From: Salisapilia sapeloensis CBS 127946
Lineage: Eukaryota; Protista; Oomycota
DNA length: 64,000 bases
Assembly: GCA_023334545.1 (NCBI GenBank)
Contig: JAADVB010000020.1
Coordinates: 62,460 to 126,459, forward strand
Reading direction: 5' to 3'
In this document: piece by piece, positions 1 through 10,340 of the stretch
Numbering within the stretch: the first letter of the stretch is position 1
Layout: each line of letters starts with the position of its first letter
The notes under the pieces: generated by a model
Databases searched by the model: none
Told to the model about the DNA's origin: nothing
Seen by the model: the letters and a program-made list of their open reading frames with translations, nothing else
Position numbers and translations under genes: made by a program

Positions 1-1
1 T

Positions 2-688
2 GTATGGGCAGGTGTCGAGCCTGTGAATGATGCGCTTTCAAACATCCTGTCGGCTCTCATCACATCCCTCACTCTTTACTCTGTGAAGAAATGGGGCCTC
101 AGCTGGAGTTGGCAAGCTGTCATCGTCACATCTCAAGTCGCTGTCGTTGTTATTGACTGCATTCCGACTTACCTAACGATCTGGAATGTGCTACGTAGCC
201 AATGGTTCTGGCTCGGACCTCCATTGCTTGAAGACGTCCCAGATTCCATCACTCGCCTCGTAGGTCAATTCGCAACTCTAGAGATCATTGAGCCTGGGAA
301 TGAAGGAGCGATCTTTGGACTGATGAGTTCGTGCACTAGCATCTCTGCTCCATTCGCGACGGTGATCTATAAGAACATTGACGCAAACTTTGACATCGCA
401 CTCACGGACCTCCAACGCGATGACACGGATGTTCGCAATCAAGTGACCTACGTGTACATCATCGCTCATGCATTCCAACTCGCTTCTATCATTTGGGTTT
501 TGATGCTATTGCCTCGTCAGAAGAATGAAACTCAGGAGCTTAAACGCTCTGGAGGGAAGAGCAATGTCATGGGAATCGCAACGATCATTATCTTCGCTTT
601 CTGTCTTATCTGGGCAGTCATGACGAATCTCATGACGATTTTCCCATCAACTTCTTGTCTCAAACTGGCTGGAGGAACTGGCTGCTAA
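2..688 (+). CDS. 3' part of a multi-pass membrane protein (oomycete BT1/folate-biopterin-like MFS family); 5' end outside the window
   Basis: Frame is open from base 2 to TAA at 688. It has several hydrophobic helices and the stretch 'LEIIEPGNEGAIFGLMSS...LLPRQK', which I recall from this expanded oomycete family. Confidence 0.7.
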   Translation, partial: VWAGVEPVNDALSNILSALITSLTLYSVKKWGLSWSWQAVIVTSQVAVVVIDCIPTYLTIWNVLRSQWFWLGPPLLEDVPDSITRLVGQFATLEIIEPGNEGAIFGLMSSCTSISAPFATVIYKNIDANFDIALTDLQRDDTDVRNQVTYVYIIAHAFQLASIIWVLMLLPRQKNETQELKRSGGKSNVMGIATIIIFAFCLIWAVMTNLMTIFPSTSCLKLAGGTGC

Positions 689-1607
689 GGAGTGCTTTGG
701 TAAGATTTGCTGTGAGTCGTCAGACAAACTAGTTGGAGCGTAGATAATGACTGAACACGTGGTAACTTTAATACAAAATTCTAGGTTACCACATTATGCC
801 TTCAAGCTTTGACTTTTGTTTGCCATGATGCAATCAATATACAGCAGCGGTGTACTCGTTCTTAACGACTCGTAGCAGATAGTCCTCCACTACATGACTT
901 GCGTCGATGGCGTAGAAAGAATCTATTTGAATATTTTAGAAATCCTCCTTTACCATGTAACTGTAGGTCAGAAGTCCCATAGTACCAACTCCATCTCACA
1001 TCTCATCATGACAGTAAAGATAAAAGTTGTGAAGCTACGCTGAATGCATCCATTGGAAGGTACCACCTTCCTCTAGTAGATTGATCGATCAACTCATCGG
1101 ATAGGCATTAGTTATCGCCAGCATTTCTAATGACTCTACACAAACCACCAAGTACCGTTCGAATATGAACATGCGTCATAACCAACATTACCATTTCCCG
1201 TGCATCGCTATCGTGAAGCACACAAGTATTCTACTTTTTTTAATTCGAACTTGCAAGTAACATCCTCGTATTTTACAATGTCTGTTCGTGCCTATGTTCT
1301 GTAGAGCTATGGATCTTCCAGAGCTTTCCCTCTGCACCCTCTTTAACAACACGTCACCAACAGTCATGGCGACAAGTATGTGCAATGTTGCGTAGGCATG
1401 AAGTAGACGCGATGCAAGAGCGTTACATCTTTCTTTCGACCGTAGGAGGATAAGATGGAAAGTGGACGCAAGATCGAACACCTAGTCGAGCCTTCCTCTA
1501 GCAACTACCACACTCGATCCTCTTGACATCATGTACCAAAGCAAATCAATTAAAACCAAAGCGTATTCGTTGCTTTTCAACTTTCCAAAAACAATTTTTT
1601 GCCAACC

Positions 1608-3194
1608 TTATGCAGACACGTTTTTCGCTAATGAAGCGATCTTTTCATGCATCCTCGAATCGAGTTTCTGGAACATCGATTCGGCCTTTTCCAAGTCCGT
1701 CTCCACCTGCTTTCGCCATTTCTCCAACACTTCCAACTTCTCAATCACCGTCCGGTGCATGAGAATGATCACATACTCTGCCGTGTGCAATTTACGCATC
1801 CCTTCTATCGAGTGCTGCCCACGCATGTCGCCTGCCGCCGTCCCTTGTCTTCGCGCGAAATCCGTCACGGCCTGCGGGAACTTGGGCGGCCGGACGTTCA
1901 TCACTTCCGGTGCGAACTCACCGTATCGACGTCGAGACTCTGGTTGGAAGAGGTGAGACGCCTGTTCAATCAATTGTCCTGCCTCCAGTGCCATCGGATA
2001 CGCATCGACGACAAACTCCTTGACCGTGCCCGTGTATTCCGGTGACACTACGGTCGACATGGCTGTCCGCAAGAGCTGTAGCGCTTGGCGGTACATACTG
2101 GTCGCCTGATCCACTTGCCTTCGAATGGAATCACATGCTTTGGCTTCTGACGAGAACATACTCACGCGCGTGTGTAAGGCATGTACGTCCGGGAGACTCA
2201 TGGCGTTGAACAAGGTAGTCAAGATATCCTGCTTTTCTTTTTCCAACCACGACAACTCTTCCGAGATTTCATCATTATTCCCACTAAGGCCTTGACGAAT
2301 CGATATGCTCGATGTACTTGCTCCTAGATCAAACGACGTTCGAGATAGAGCATCCGACTTGCGCTCTAGACGCTCGAGCTCTTCGTCCATTCGAACGGAC
2401 TGGGATAACTTATCACACAACTTGGACTTGAGCTTCTCCATCTTGGTGTCTCGATTGATCGTGAACATCCGACGAAATTTGGAATGCTCGTGCTTTTCAA
2501 TCTTCTTAAGTAAATCCTTTTGGGATTGGATCATCTGATTCGAGCTACGTCGAGCTTTATTCAGTTCCTGCTTCACTTGCTTTCGCGTCGAATCCACGAC
2601 GGAAGGGTCTGAGTGGGAGGCTCGGACGAGTCGATCGATCTCACTGTTCACCTCCTCGAACTTGTGCAGCAACTCGGCGTCAGATGTCGCGGACGCGTTC
2701 GATCGCGTATCTCCGCTCGTGGTCCTATCGTGGCCGTTGCCAAACCCACGACTGCTAGTGTTATTCAGATAGGAAGAGGATAAGGACATTGGCATGGACA
2801 CGCGAGCACTGTTTCCGAGCGATTGACGCCCGGGGCTCGAATCTCGACGCGTACGGAAGGAAGCGGGTTTCGGACGAGAACGTAGGTCCGATGCGTGCTT
2901 TCGAAATGAATTCGATGCGTCAGCTGTATTTGCACTGTCGTTCGAGGTCGCTGCCATGGATGCTGAAGCTGGTGCGCGCGAATCAGTTCTCGCGGCATGG
3001 AACATGTTGCTATTACCGGACGCCGTGCGAGACTTCATCCGCGTGCGTGAGACTTCGTTCACCTGCGTCTGATAGCCTTGGCCGTGCGCCTTGGACTGGT
3101 GAGCTGCACGACTGGATGCGTCGCCTGGGACCGCCGTCATGGACTCTGGCATCAGCACTCGAACTTGTGAATGCGTCGACCTCGTTCTCTCCAA
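1608..3194 (-). CDS. Hypothetical 528-aa protein: S/R-rich disordered N-terminus, then coiled-coil/helical C-terminal half
   Basis: Single long ORF with heptad-rich segments (EEVNSEIDRLVR..., LEKWRKQVETDLEKAESMFQKLDSRM). No family recognised. Confidence 0.75.
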   Translation of the reverse strand: MERTRSTHSQVRVLMPESMTAVPGDASSRAAHQSKAHGQGYQTQVNEVSRTRMKSRTASGNSNMFHAARTDSRAPASASMAATSNDSANTADASNSFRKHASDLRSRPKPASFRTRRDSSPGRQSLGNSARVSMPMSLSSSYLNNTSSRGFGNGHDRTTSGDTRSNASATSDAELLHKFEEVNSEIDRLVRASHSDPSVVDSTRKQVKQELNKARRSSNQMIQSQKDLLKKIEKHEHSKFRRMFTINRDTKMEKLKSKLCDKLSQSVRMDEELERLERKSDALSRTSFDLGASTSSISIRQGLSGNNDEISEELSWLEKEKQDILTTLFNAMSLPDVHALHTRVSMFSSEAKACDSIRRQVDQATSMYRQALQLLRTAMSTVVSPEYTGTVKEFVVDAYPMALEAGQLIEQASHLFQPESRRRYGEFAPEVMNVRPPKFPQAVTDFARRQGTAAGDMRGQHSIEGMRKLHTAEYVIILMHRTVIEKLEVLEKWRKQVETDLEKAESMFQKLDSRMHEKIASLAKNVSA

Positions 3195-3526
3195 GACTCC
3201 TTGGCTCCAGGTATACTTTATGCAAGTGAACGATATTCAGTGGAAAATGCACCAATGACAGCTTCCAGCGCGAAGCTAATGGTCGTTCGAGGAAAGAGAT
3301 ACAGTCCCAGATGATGCGTCGAGTCCAAGTGGACTGCGCTCGGTACTTGGTAGATAGTAGCAGTCTAATTAGTCGGGTCGTTCAAGTAGCATCGCCAGTC
3401 AAAGAGAAATAATCGAGTTAAAGGACGCTTCATGAGTGAGATATGAATCATTACGTTCGCCTGCCTTTAGTTCGTACGAGCAACAACAGTCAGCCAGGAA
3501 ACTAGTATCGTCATGCGTTTAAGTTT

Positions 3527-4415
3527 CTACCTACTCGACTTGGTAACGATGCAGAAAAATCGCTTGTATGGCCAAACGGTGTTACCATCAACCGCTTTCG
3601 GATAAGCTTTCGACACAAGGTGCCGGTACTTGCGCTCAAAAGTCATGCCATCAGACGCATCCCGACCCCCCAGCGCCTCTATAAATGGACCTAAGGCAGT
3701 TGAACCCGTGAAGTCGGCTACCGGATTTTCCCCGGGTAGTACCTGCGAATAGGTGGTGGACCACATGTCGATTGCCGCATTTGTATCCAACGATTGAAAG
3801 AGGTCGTAGTAGAACGAAGGATCGCGCTCACACCGGACGAGTCGAACGTCCGCTAGGCGGTCACTCCAGCCTAGAACCCTCGCCGTTTCCAGTATGAGAT
3901 CGTGACTCGGTTGCCCTCGAGTGTCCGGGATCTGGAACGCGAGCGTGCCACCTGGATGTAAGAATCCAAAGAAGCGTCGTAATAGCGCTACTTGGGTGTC
4001 AACGTCGACCCAGTGCAACGCAGCGTTCGAATAGATAATATCCACCGGCTCAGATGGCGTGTACTCTTCAAAGCTGCATTGTGTGTATTTAATGGCAGGA
4101 AGGTCTGCATGTGCCTCCTTGGCTTTTTGTAGCATTTCTGCTGACGAGTCTACCAACTCTACCTTGGCACTCGGCCAGCGTTGTCTGGTACTTGTAGACT
4201 TAACACATTACAAAAAACTATGCAAATATGAAATAAATGTACAGGAAATGAGGAGCCATGCTGCCAGTGCCAGCGCCAATGTCTACCAAGCGTTTCGATC
4301 CATTTGCATTGCTAGATTCGACAGTCGGGACACGCGCTAGCAACTCGATGGCTGGGCGCAACCGCTGCTTCTGAAAAGCCAGGTACTTGCCTGGATTCCA
4401 AACTTGCGAGGCCAT
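3527..4415 (-). CDS. tam: Trans-aconitate 2-methyltransferase (bacterial Tam-type SAM methyltransferase); 2 exons, intron 4185-4242
   Basis: N-terminus MASQVWNPGKYLAFQKQRLRPAIELLARVP, SAM motif I LVDIGAGTG, DIIYSNAALHWV, GGTLAFQIP and C-terminal WPYKRFFCIV all follow E. coli Tam. The GT-AG intron restores the frame (…PHFL|QRWPSAKVELVDSSAEML). Confidence 0.88.
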
Positions 4416-4843
4416 TGTAGATAAAGCTGCTAATGCACGTTCCAGCACTGGTACGATGCAAATCCAAAGTACGTGTTTAGCCCCATATTGACTTGAAGAA
4501 AGTATGATAGGACTAGGTAGAAGAGAAGAACCGGAAAAGAAAGCATTTGCTTATAAACAAGGTGAGCAAAGATCAGAAAGAAAAGATACGATTCCTACAT
4601 CCGAACATTTTACTGGAAACTTTACTTGGGTCTACGATAGACATGCTTTTGCCTTTTTATGCCTTCGCACGAAGTGTCCGGACCGAGTACACCCCAAAAT
4701 ACCATTCCTTCTTGTGCACCATTTTGATTTGCTAATATAGATCGAAATGCTTCTATGCTAGCGAATCAGCTTTCGGAATAGTTATTTTGATGAATGTATG
4801 GAATCCGCCACCAGTGCTACAACGAAAATAAGTTTGGATCGAG

Positions 4844-5513
4844 ATGGTGCGCATGCCGCATAATAACCGCATGCATAGCAGCTCTACGCTGCAGACGAAT
4901 GGTATTTGGAAAAACACCATCGGCTACGACCCGTATGCTGCCGAGGTACGAGCAATTGATACTACAAACTCGATAAACATGATCCTTATAAATGAATATC
5001 AAGTAGAATGAAGAAAAGCAGTCGTATGCAGCTTCGCAAGAGCAGTCACAGGGTCTAATGGCGCTTGCCAAGCTGTCAAATATAAACAATGGGAGCCGTG
5101 GGGCGTGCAAAAAGTGTGGCATGATGGGCCATCTCACCTTTCAATGCCGTAATTTCCTCGATGACACCTCTACAAAGAAGGAGGTCGAGTCCTCAGACGA
5201 TTCATCTAGCGACGACAACTCTTCCAGCTCAGATTCAGACTCAGATAATGGTGCATCAAAACGTAAAGACGAACTTAAGAAGCGTGATCGATCAAGAAGC
5301 AAAAGTCGATCTCCTAAACGCAGCGACAGAAAGAGGAAGAGCGTTGATGACTCGTCTAGGAAACGCCGTCGAGATGACAGTTCAGACGAAGAGAATAGTA
5401 AAAGTAAAAAGAGGCGGAAACACAAGTCCAAGCACTCGAAAAAGCATAAGAAGGAAAAGCATCGAAAGCATCGTAAAAGCTCCAAGAAGCATCGACGTAG
5501 ATCATCCGAATAA
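4844..5513 (+). CDS. CXIP4: CXIP4-like zinc-knuckle, SR/K-rich nuclear protein; 2 exons, intron 4946-5006
   Basis: Exon 1 reads MVRMPHNNRMHSSSTLQTNGIWKNTIGYDPYAAE. Exon 2 has RGACKKCGMMGHLTFQCRNFL and an acidic/basic low-complexity tail, matching plant CAX-interacting protein 4. Confidence 0.85.
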
Positions 5514-5694
5514 ATTCCTCTTCTGTTCTATCCATTCATGGCTATCCATATCACTTCCATCCTATCAATGCCACAAGACTAAAAATATCTAATAGAAAGA
5601 CTCCAGTCGACACGCATCGACCCGTACCTCTTGTATCACCGAATGTTCCATCATTGTACCGGAAGACAGAATTAAATCTTGGGAAAAAGACAAG

Positions 5695-6513
5695 GTGGAC
5701 ATGGTGAAGACATCCGTCAAGCTTACCAAGGTAGATAATAGCGAAGGCAAAGTCGAGCGAGATGACGCTGACTACGTCCCAACTCACTTGCGTCCATACG
5801 TCTTCCACTCACAGGACGATTTCTACGTCTCTCGGTCCTTTGACGCGTTGCTCGTGGCACACCTCATGTACGAAGGTTTTTTGCCCATTGCGACCAAATA
5901 CAGGTCTCAATACATCCTCCTCCCGAAACTCCATCGAGAGCGATGTATTCTACTCCTAGATGCTGCACCACATATCCCGAAATCCGTGAAAAAGAAGAGC
6001 AAAAAGTATATTTTATCCTTAAACCAGGATTTCGATGGCGTCGTCGCGGGCTGCCACGCTCAGCACGGCGAAGCATGGCTCTACCCTCCTATCGTCGATG
6101 CCTTTCGAAAGCTATCCGATGCCAAGATGAACGGGTATGAGCTCTACAAAGACTGTCGGATACGGTTCTTCACGATCGAAATTCGGGATGCAGCGTCCAA
6201 TGCGCTCGTGGCCGGAGAGCTCGGGTACACTGCCGGTCAAGTCTACACGAGTCTCACGGGTTTCAGTAACGCCAGTGGTGCCGGCACGATCCAACTACAT
6301 GCGCTCAGTCGACTCCTGTACCGCTGCGGGTTCAAAATGTGGGATCTAGGCATGAGCATGCCGTACAAGCAGAGTCTCGGTGCATCGGACGTCGAACGAG
6401 ATGTGTTTCTCAGCCATTTACACGAACACCGGACGACTGATTTATTACTAGATCTACCTACCACAAGTGGCACTTGCATGAATACGAAAACGTTGCTAGA
6501 ACTGAACGAATAA
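5695..6513 (+). CDS. aat: Leucyl/phenylalanyl-tRNA--protein transferase (Aat)-family protein
   Basis: Motifs LLPKLHRERCIL, SLNQDFDGVVAGC, EAWL, LVAGELGYTAGQVYTSLTGF and WDLGM..YK.SLGA resemble eukaryotic Aat-like aminoacyl transferases. Confidence 0.85.
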   Translation: MDMVKTSVKLTKVDNSEGKVERDDADYVPTHLRPYVFHSQDDFYVSRSFDALLVAHLMYEGFLPIATKYRSQYILLPKLHRERCILLLDAAPHIPKSVKKKSKKYILSLNQDFDGVVAGCHAQHGEAWLYPPIVDAFRKLSDAKMNGYELYKDCRIRFFTIEIRDAASNALVAGELGYTAGQVYTSLTGFSNASGAGTIQLHALSRLLYRCGFKMWDLGMSMPYKQSLGASDVERDVFLSHLHEHRTTDLLLDLPTTSGTCMNTKTLLELNE

Positions 6514-6539
6514 AAGGCATAATTCCGTACGTACTTGCA

Positions 6540-8429
6540 CTAGAGGAAGCCTGCTTCCGACAGACTATTCACGAACAGAATGCTTTCTTGCGTATTTGCA
6601 TTCCGAGCAAGCTGTCGTAACACACTTGCGTCTTTCCGAACGGTTTCAAATCGCTGACGCAACCGCATCTGGACATTCCGATCGTGGCGCAGTACACCTT
6701 TGCCGTTGCGTGCGATGCCAAAGAAGTTCGCACCAGTCGGTGGCAAGTACGCCAAGTTTCCACTCCCTAACGCATCATGAATGACTCGATAGATCTTTCG
6801 GAACTTGTGCCAATTCACCAGGCCATCGACATGTGTCTTGATCCCTTCTTCCATCGCAAAGAGATCTTTTACTAGAAGGAAAGAGCACGGGAGCCTCGCG
6901 TGGCCTTGGCCAACACTAAACGCATGGCGGTAGTTCCGATAGTTATCCTCTGGACTACAAGCTTGCTGGAGGATCTCGTATTTTTCCTGGGAGGTGGCTG
7001 GGACGAGACCCCATGCAGTCGTCAGCTGCCGGATGCTCGGTGCTGTGATCCCTGTGGTCACTTGGAACATGGTGTTAAAGTTGCGCATCTCGAGACACGC
7101 GTCGGCGACGTCGATGAACAGGACGATGAGCTTAGCGCGCTCGGCTGGTTGCAGCTGAGGATGTAGGATTTCACTCGACACCCATTCGACTGTCGCGTCG
7201 AAGAGCTCGATCAGCTTGACAATGTGTGGTGCATCCTCCTGCTTCGTTTCTTTTGTCCATGCTTTTTGCGTCAGTTCTCGCCAATTGATCGGAGCAAAGT
7301 AACTCTCTACTTCCATGAGCGTCAATTGGTCGGCAATCTCCTGTGCTGAGAGACCGGAGAGAGGTTCAATACTATCGAAACTAGCTTTAGCCGTCGAGAG
7401 GATACGTTTCCGACGGTCCTCTCCTTCTGTATGTGATCTATGCTTTCTACCGCTACTCAGCACTTCCTCTGGTGCTTCGTGATGTCTCAGCATTTCGTTC
7501 GCTCGAGACCGGACTTGATAGATATCGCCACTTCCCTGTCGTGTCTTGAGACGTACCATCGACCTCTCCTTCTTATGATCCGATGCAGACCTTTTGAGCG
7601 TTAATTTCGTCATAGCTTCTGGTAGCAACTTTTCTCTACTCGTAGCTTCCTTCTGTCGGTCTGGAGAAGTGTGGGTTGGAGACAGATGCAACGGTGGCGG
7701 ACTATGAATGGGCGAAGGCGCACTTCGAGGACAGGAATTCGATGATGGATTCGACTGGAGGAACTTTTTAACGACATATAACACGCTTTCTCCGTGCTTT
7801 TGGACGCATCGAATGGGACAAGTACGTTGGATGTCCGCTAGGAAACTCAATAGTTTCTTCTGAGCACGTCGATCTCGACGCAAGTCTCGTTCAATATACC
7901 CACTCTCTTTCACCCAGTATTTTATCACTGCAAGCAGTCGCATGATAGCGACACTAGCTCCAGTTGCAGAGCGCATGTCGGAATGGGCAGAGATGTCAGA
8001 TAGAGTCGTGGAAGAAGTGTCCGTTTGGTCATCTAGTGACAACTCGGCTAGTAAACGATCGGTTCGACGCAAGTCGGAGGCGTCGCTCTTCGAATAAAGA
8101 GATAGGACAGCAGCGTACCGTTTCATGAGCTTCTTGATAAAGTCGTAAGTGGTACAGAAGGATGGGAATGTGAGTAGAAAGGCATCTCGGAACTCATTGT
8201 CCAACTCTCGTGCGTCCGTCAGGCGAGCGATGAGTTTGCCGAGAGACGCCTGTGAGATCTCGCGGCGAGTGTTCTGAGCTTTAGCATGATCACTTTCGTA
8301 TCGAACGCGGTCACGTTGGTGTGCTGACCGCTGCATGGAGGGCAGGAAGCAGAGTTCGGTGCACTTTTCACGTTTTGTCCTTGTTGGGGCTCGAATACCG
8401 TGCAATCGTATGTGCCTGTAGGAATACAT
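6540..8429 (-). CDS. Ras guanine-nucleotide exchange factor (REM + CDC25 domains); 5' end uncertain
   Basis: REM: FRDAFLLTFPSFCTTYDFIKKLMKRY. CDC25: AQEIADQLTLME, WVSSEIL, NFNTMFQVTTGI, NYRNYR, VNWHKFRK. Confidence 0.88.
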   Translation of the reverse strand: MYSYRHIRLHGIRAPTRTKREKCTELCFLPSMQRSAHQRDRVRYESDHAKAQNTRREISQASLGKLIARLTDARELDNEFRDAFLLTFPSFCTTYDFIKKLMKRYAAVLSLYSKSDASDLRRTDRLLAELSLDDQTDTSSTTLSDISAHSDMRSATGASVAIMRLLAVIKYWVKESGYIERDLRRDRRAQKKLLSFLADIQRTCPIRCVQKHGESVLYVVKKFLQSNPSSNSCPRSAPSPIHSPPPLHLSPTHTSPDRQKEATSREKLLPEAMTKLTLKRSASDHKKERSMVRLKTRQGSGDIYQVRSRANEMLRHHEAPEEVLSSGRKHRSHTEGEDRRKRILSTAKASFDSIEPLSGLSAQEIADQLTLMEVESYFAPINWRELTQKAWTKETKQEDAPHIVKLIELFDATVEWVSSEILHPQLQPAERAKLIVLFIDVADACLEMRNFNTMFQVTTGITAPSIRQLTTAWGLVPATSQEKYEILQQACSPEDNYRNYRHAFSVGQGHARLPCSFLLVKDLFAMEEGIKTHVDGLVNWHKFRKIYRVIHDALGSGNLAYLPPTGANFFGIARNGKGVLRHDRNVQMRLRQRFETVRKDASVLRQLARNANTQESILFVNSLSEAGFL

Positions 8430-9599
8430 ATCTGAGAAAGTTGTTTAGACCATGCTACACTGATGGATGACCTTCGATATAGAATGTGAAGGTACCAGTC
8501 GATTTTCGTTCGGTTGTTGGGTTTATCCAGACGTTGGTGTAGGTTGTGGCAGGCCGTGACAGTAGCTAATGGCACGCGCGATATTTTCATTGACTTCAAT
8601 TTCTTTGGATGCACGGATTAGATCAAGGATGCCTACATTCGAGCATAACGTAGATCGGAGATCAGTTTGATGTCAAAGACTCTTGTAGAAGGCATCGTTA
8701 ACTTTGATACTAGCACCGCTACCCAGGAAACTTCAACTTTGTTCACATGCACAACACTGGACGGATAGTTCCTATTTTTCATGGCTTGACAAGCTGCCAT
8801 AGTAGAGTCGGGGACGCTTAAACACTATTGTGAGCTAGAGTATCCTAGTCGTATGGTAGCGAACGCATACGAAGCGATGCGTTTGCAACAAAGATACTTC
8901 TGTATATTTTCCATTTTCTATGCTTCACATTCGGCGCTAGACCATGCTTGATCGTGAAGTAGGCTGGTACGACTCAAAGGTACGGAAGCGATCATGTTGG
9001 AAATAGAGTGTACATCCTTGGTCTTCACAAACTCTATAACAGCGTCCAAGGATTCATACCGCTTTTTTGGTTTATTTCGTAAATCGTATACTTCGATGAT
9101 CGACGTGTGAACGTAAATGATATCTCGGATTCTACTGGGAAGGAATTATTTGGAAGCTATTTTAGAATTTATTCCAAATAGAATAAGACTAGCTTTCCTA
9201 TTTAAAAGTAATTTCTATGACTACTTGATATCTCGTAGTTTGCAGCGCACTACCGAGGCGTACTAAAATGTATGGGTTTTTAAATGCATGTACGATGACA
9301 ATCTACGATCCGGATTGCAACATTTCTATTTGCAAGCGCTACACTTGGCCGAATGTGGTGAATCAGTTATTCGTGCGTTGTTGTAAAAGCAGTATATCCA
9401 TTCGAAATCTACCTTAAGATACTTTACAGTAGCACGGCAACAAGTAACATCCGAAGTATCACATCCTATTCACATGAATAGGAAACTACTATTAATTTCG
9501 AAATAAATCTTACACCGCACATATTCTTCTAAAAAAGAAAGCCGTTGCCAGTAGTAGCCATCCGAAAGAGCATCAAGTAAATCAAAAATAAAAAGGAAC

Positions 9600-9681
9600 T
9601 GTCAGCGGTGGGATTTGAACCCACGAGTGCGAACACAGTAGAACTTGAGTCTACCCCCTTGGACCGCTCGGGCACACTGAC
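9600..9681 (-). tRNA. trnL-CAA: tRNA-Leu (CAA), intronless, long variable arm
   Basis: Reverse complement is GTCAGTGTGCCCGAGCGGTCCAAGGGGGTAGACTCAAGTTCTACTGTGTTCGCACTCGTGGGTTCAAATCCCACCGCTGACA. It shows a 7-bp acceptor stem, D-loop GG, anticodon stem GTAGA/TCTAC around CT-CAA-GT, and T-loop GTTCAAATC. Confidence 0.97.
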
Positions 9682-10340
9682 AGTTGAAACTGTGTACTAC
9701 TGTAACATATAAAAACAATATTAAAAGTAAACAACTAAACTTGGCAATAAATCGTGAAATAAATCGAAGTGTTTGCATTCCTACATTAGACTTGGATATC
9801 TTGCAATCATAGATCAACTTTGCGTTATGTAGGAAGCATTAGTGACCAAAAATGCCTCGCCGCTTCGTGGCGAAGCGTCGTTTCTATCTAGCTCCAGCAA
9901 CCACATTTCTCATGTAGGAGCCGTTTCCAGATCCAAAACGGACGAAAGAAAGCTCTTCCTCCGCCAATAAAGACTGCACAGACCAACGGACACCTTGGCT
10001 AACGCGCCTTTTCCAACTAACAGGAGCACTAGGAGTCGCCCACCTTCCCATCGAGCTCGCGTAAAAATAAACAATCGTCCATTATATAAATAGCCCCTCG
10101 GCAGCAGAGCCACCTCCTTCTTCTCTCGCTTCAGGCAGTCACTCTCTTCATCCACGTACGTCTTGCTTGCATTGTATTTTTATCAACCAAGCTCCCTATT
10201 TATATCGTGTCACAAATGGAAAACGAGTTTCTTTCCAGTACTCTAGTACAGGACTCAAGCCAAACATTTCCATGGACGCACCATGTCACTCGACCTTCGC
10301 TGTACTAACAACCAAATGACTCTTTAGATCACTTTTTACC

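Noticed and set aside
780-1481. Possible cryptic multi-exon gene on the minus strand (e.g. SFYAIDASHVVEDYLLRVVKNEYTAAVY)
   Set aside because: I could not assemble a consistent spliced ORF or recognise a family.
8430-9150. Protein-like minus-strand fragments upstream of the RasGEF
   Set aside because: They may be upstream exons, but no unambiguous splice path was found.
9856-9880. Small hairpin GCTTCG-TGG-CGAAGC between the tRNA and the MADS gene
   Set aside because: A 6-bp stem is expected by chance, and no ncRNA boxes lie nearby.
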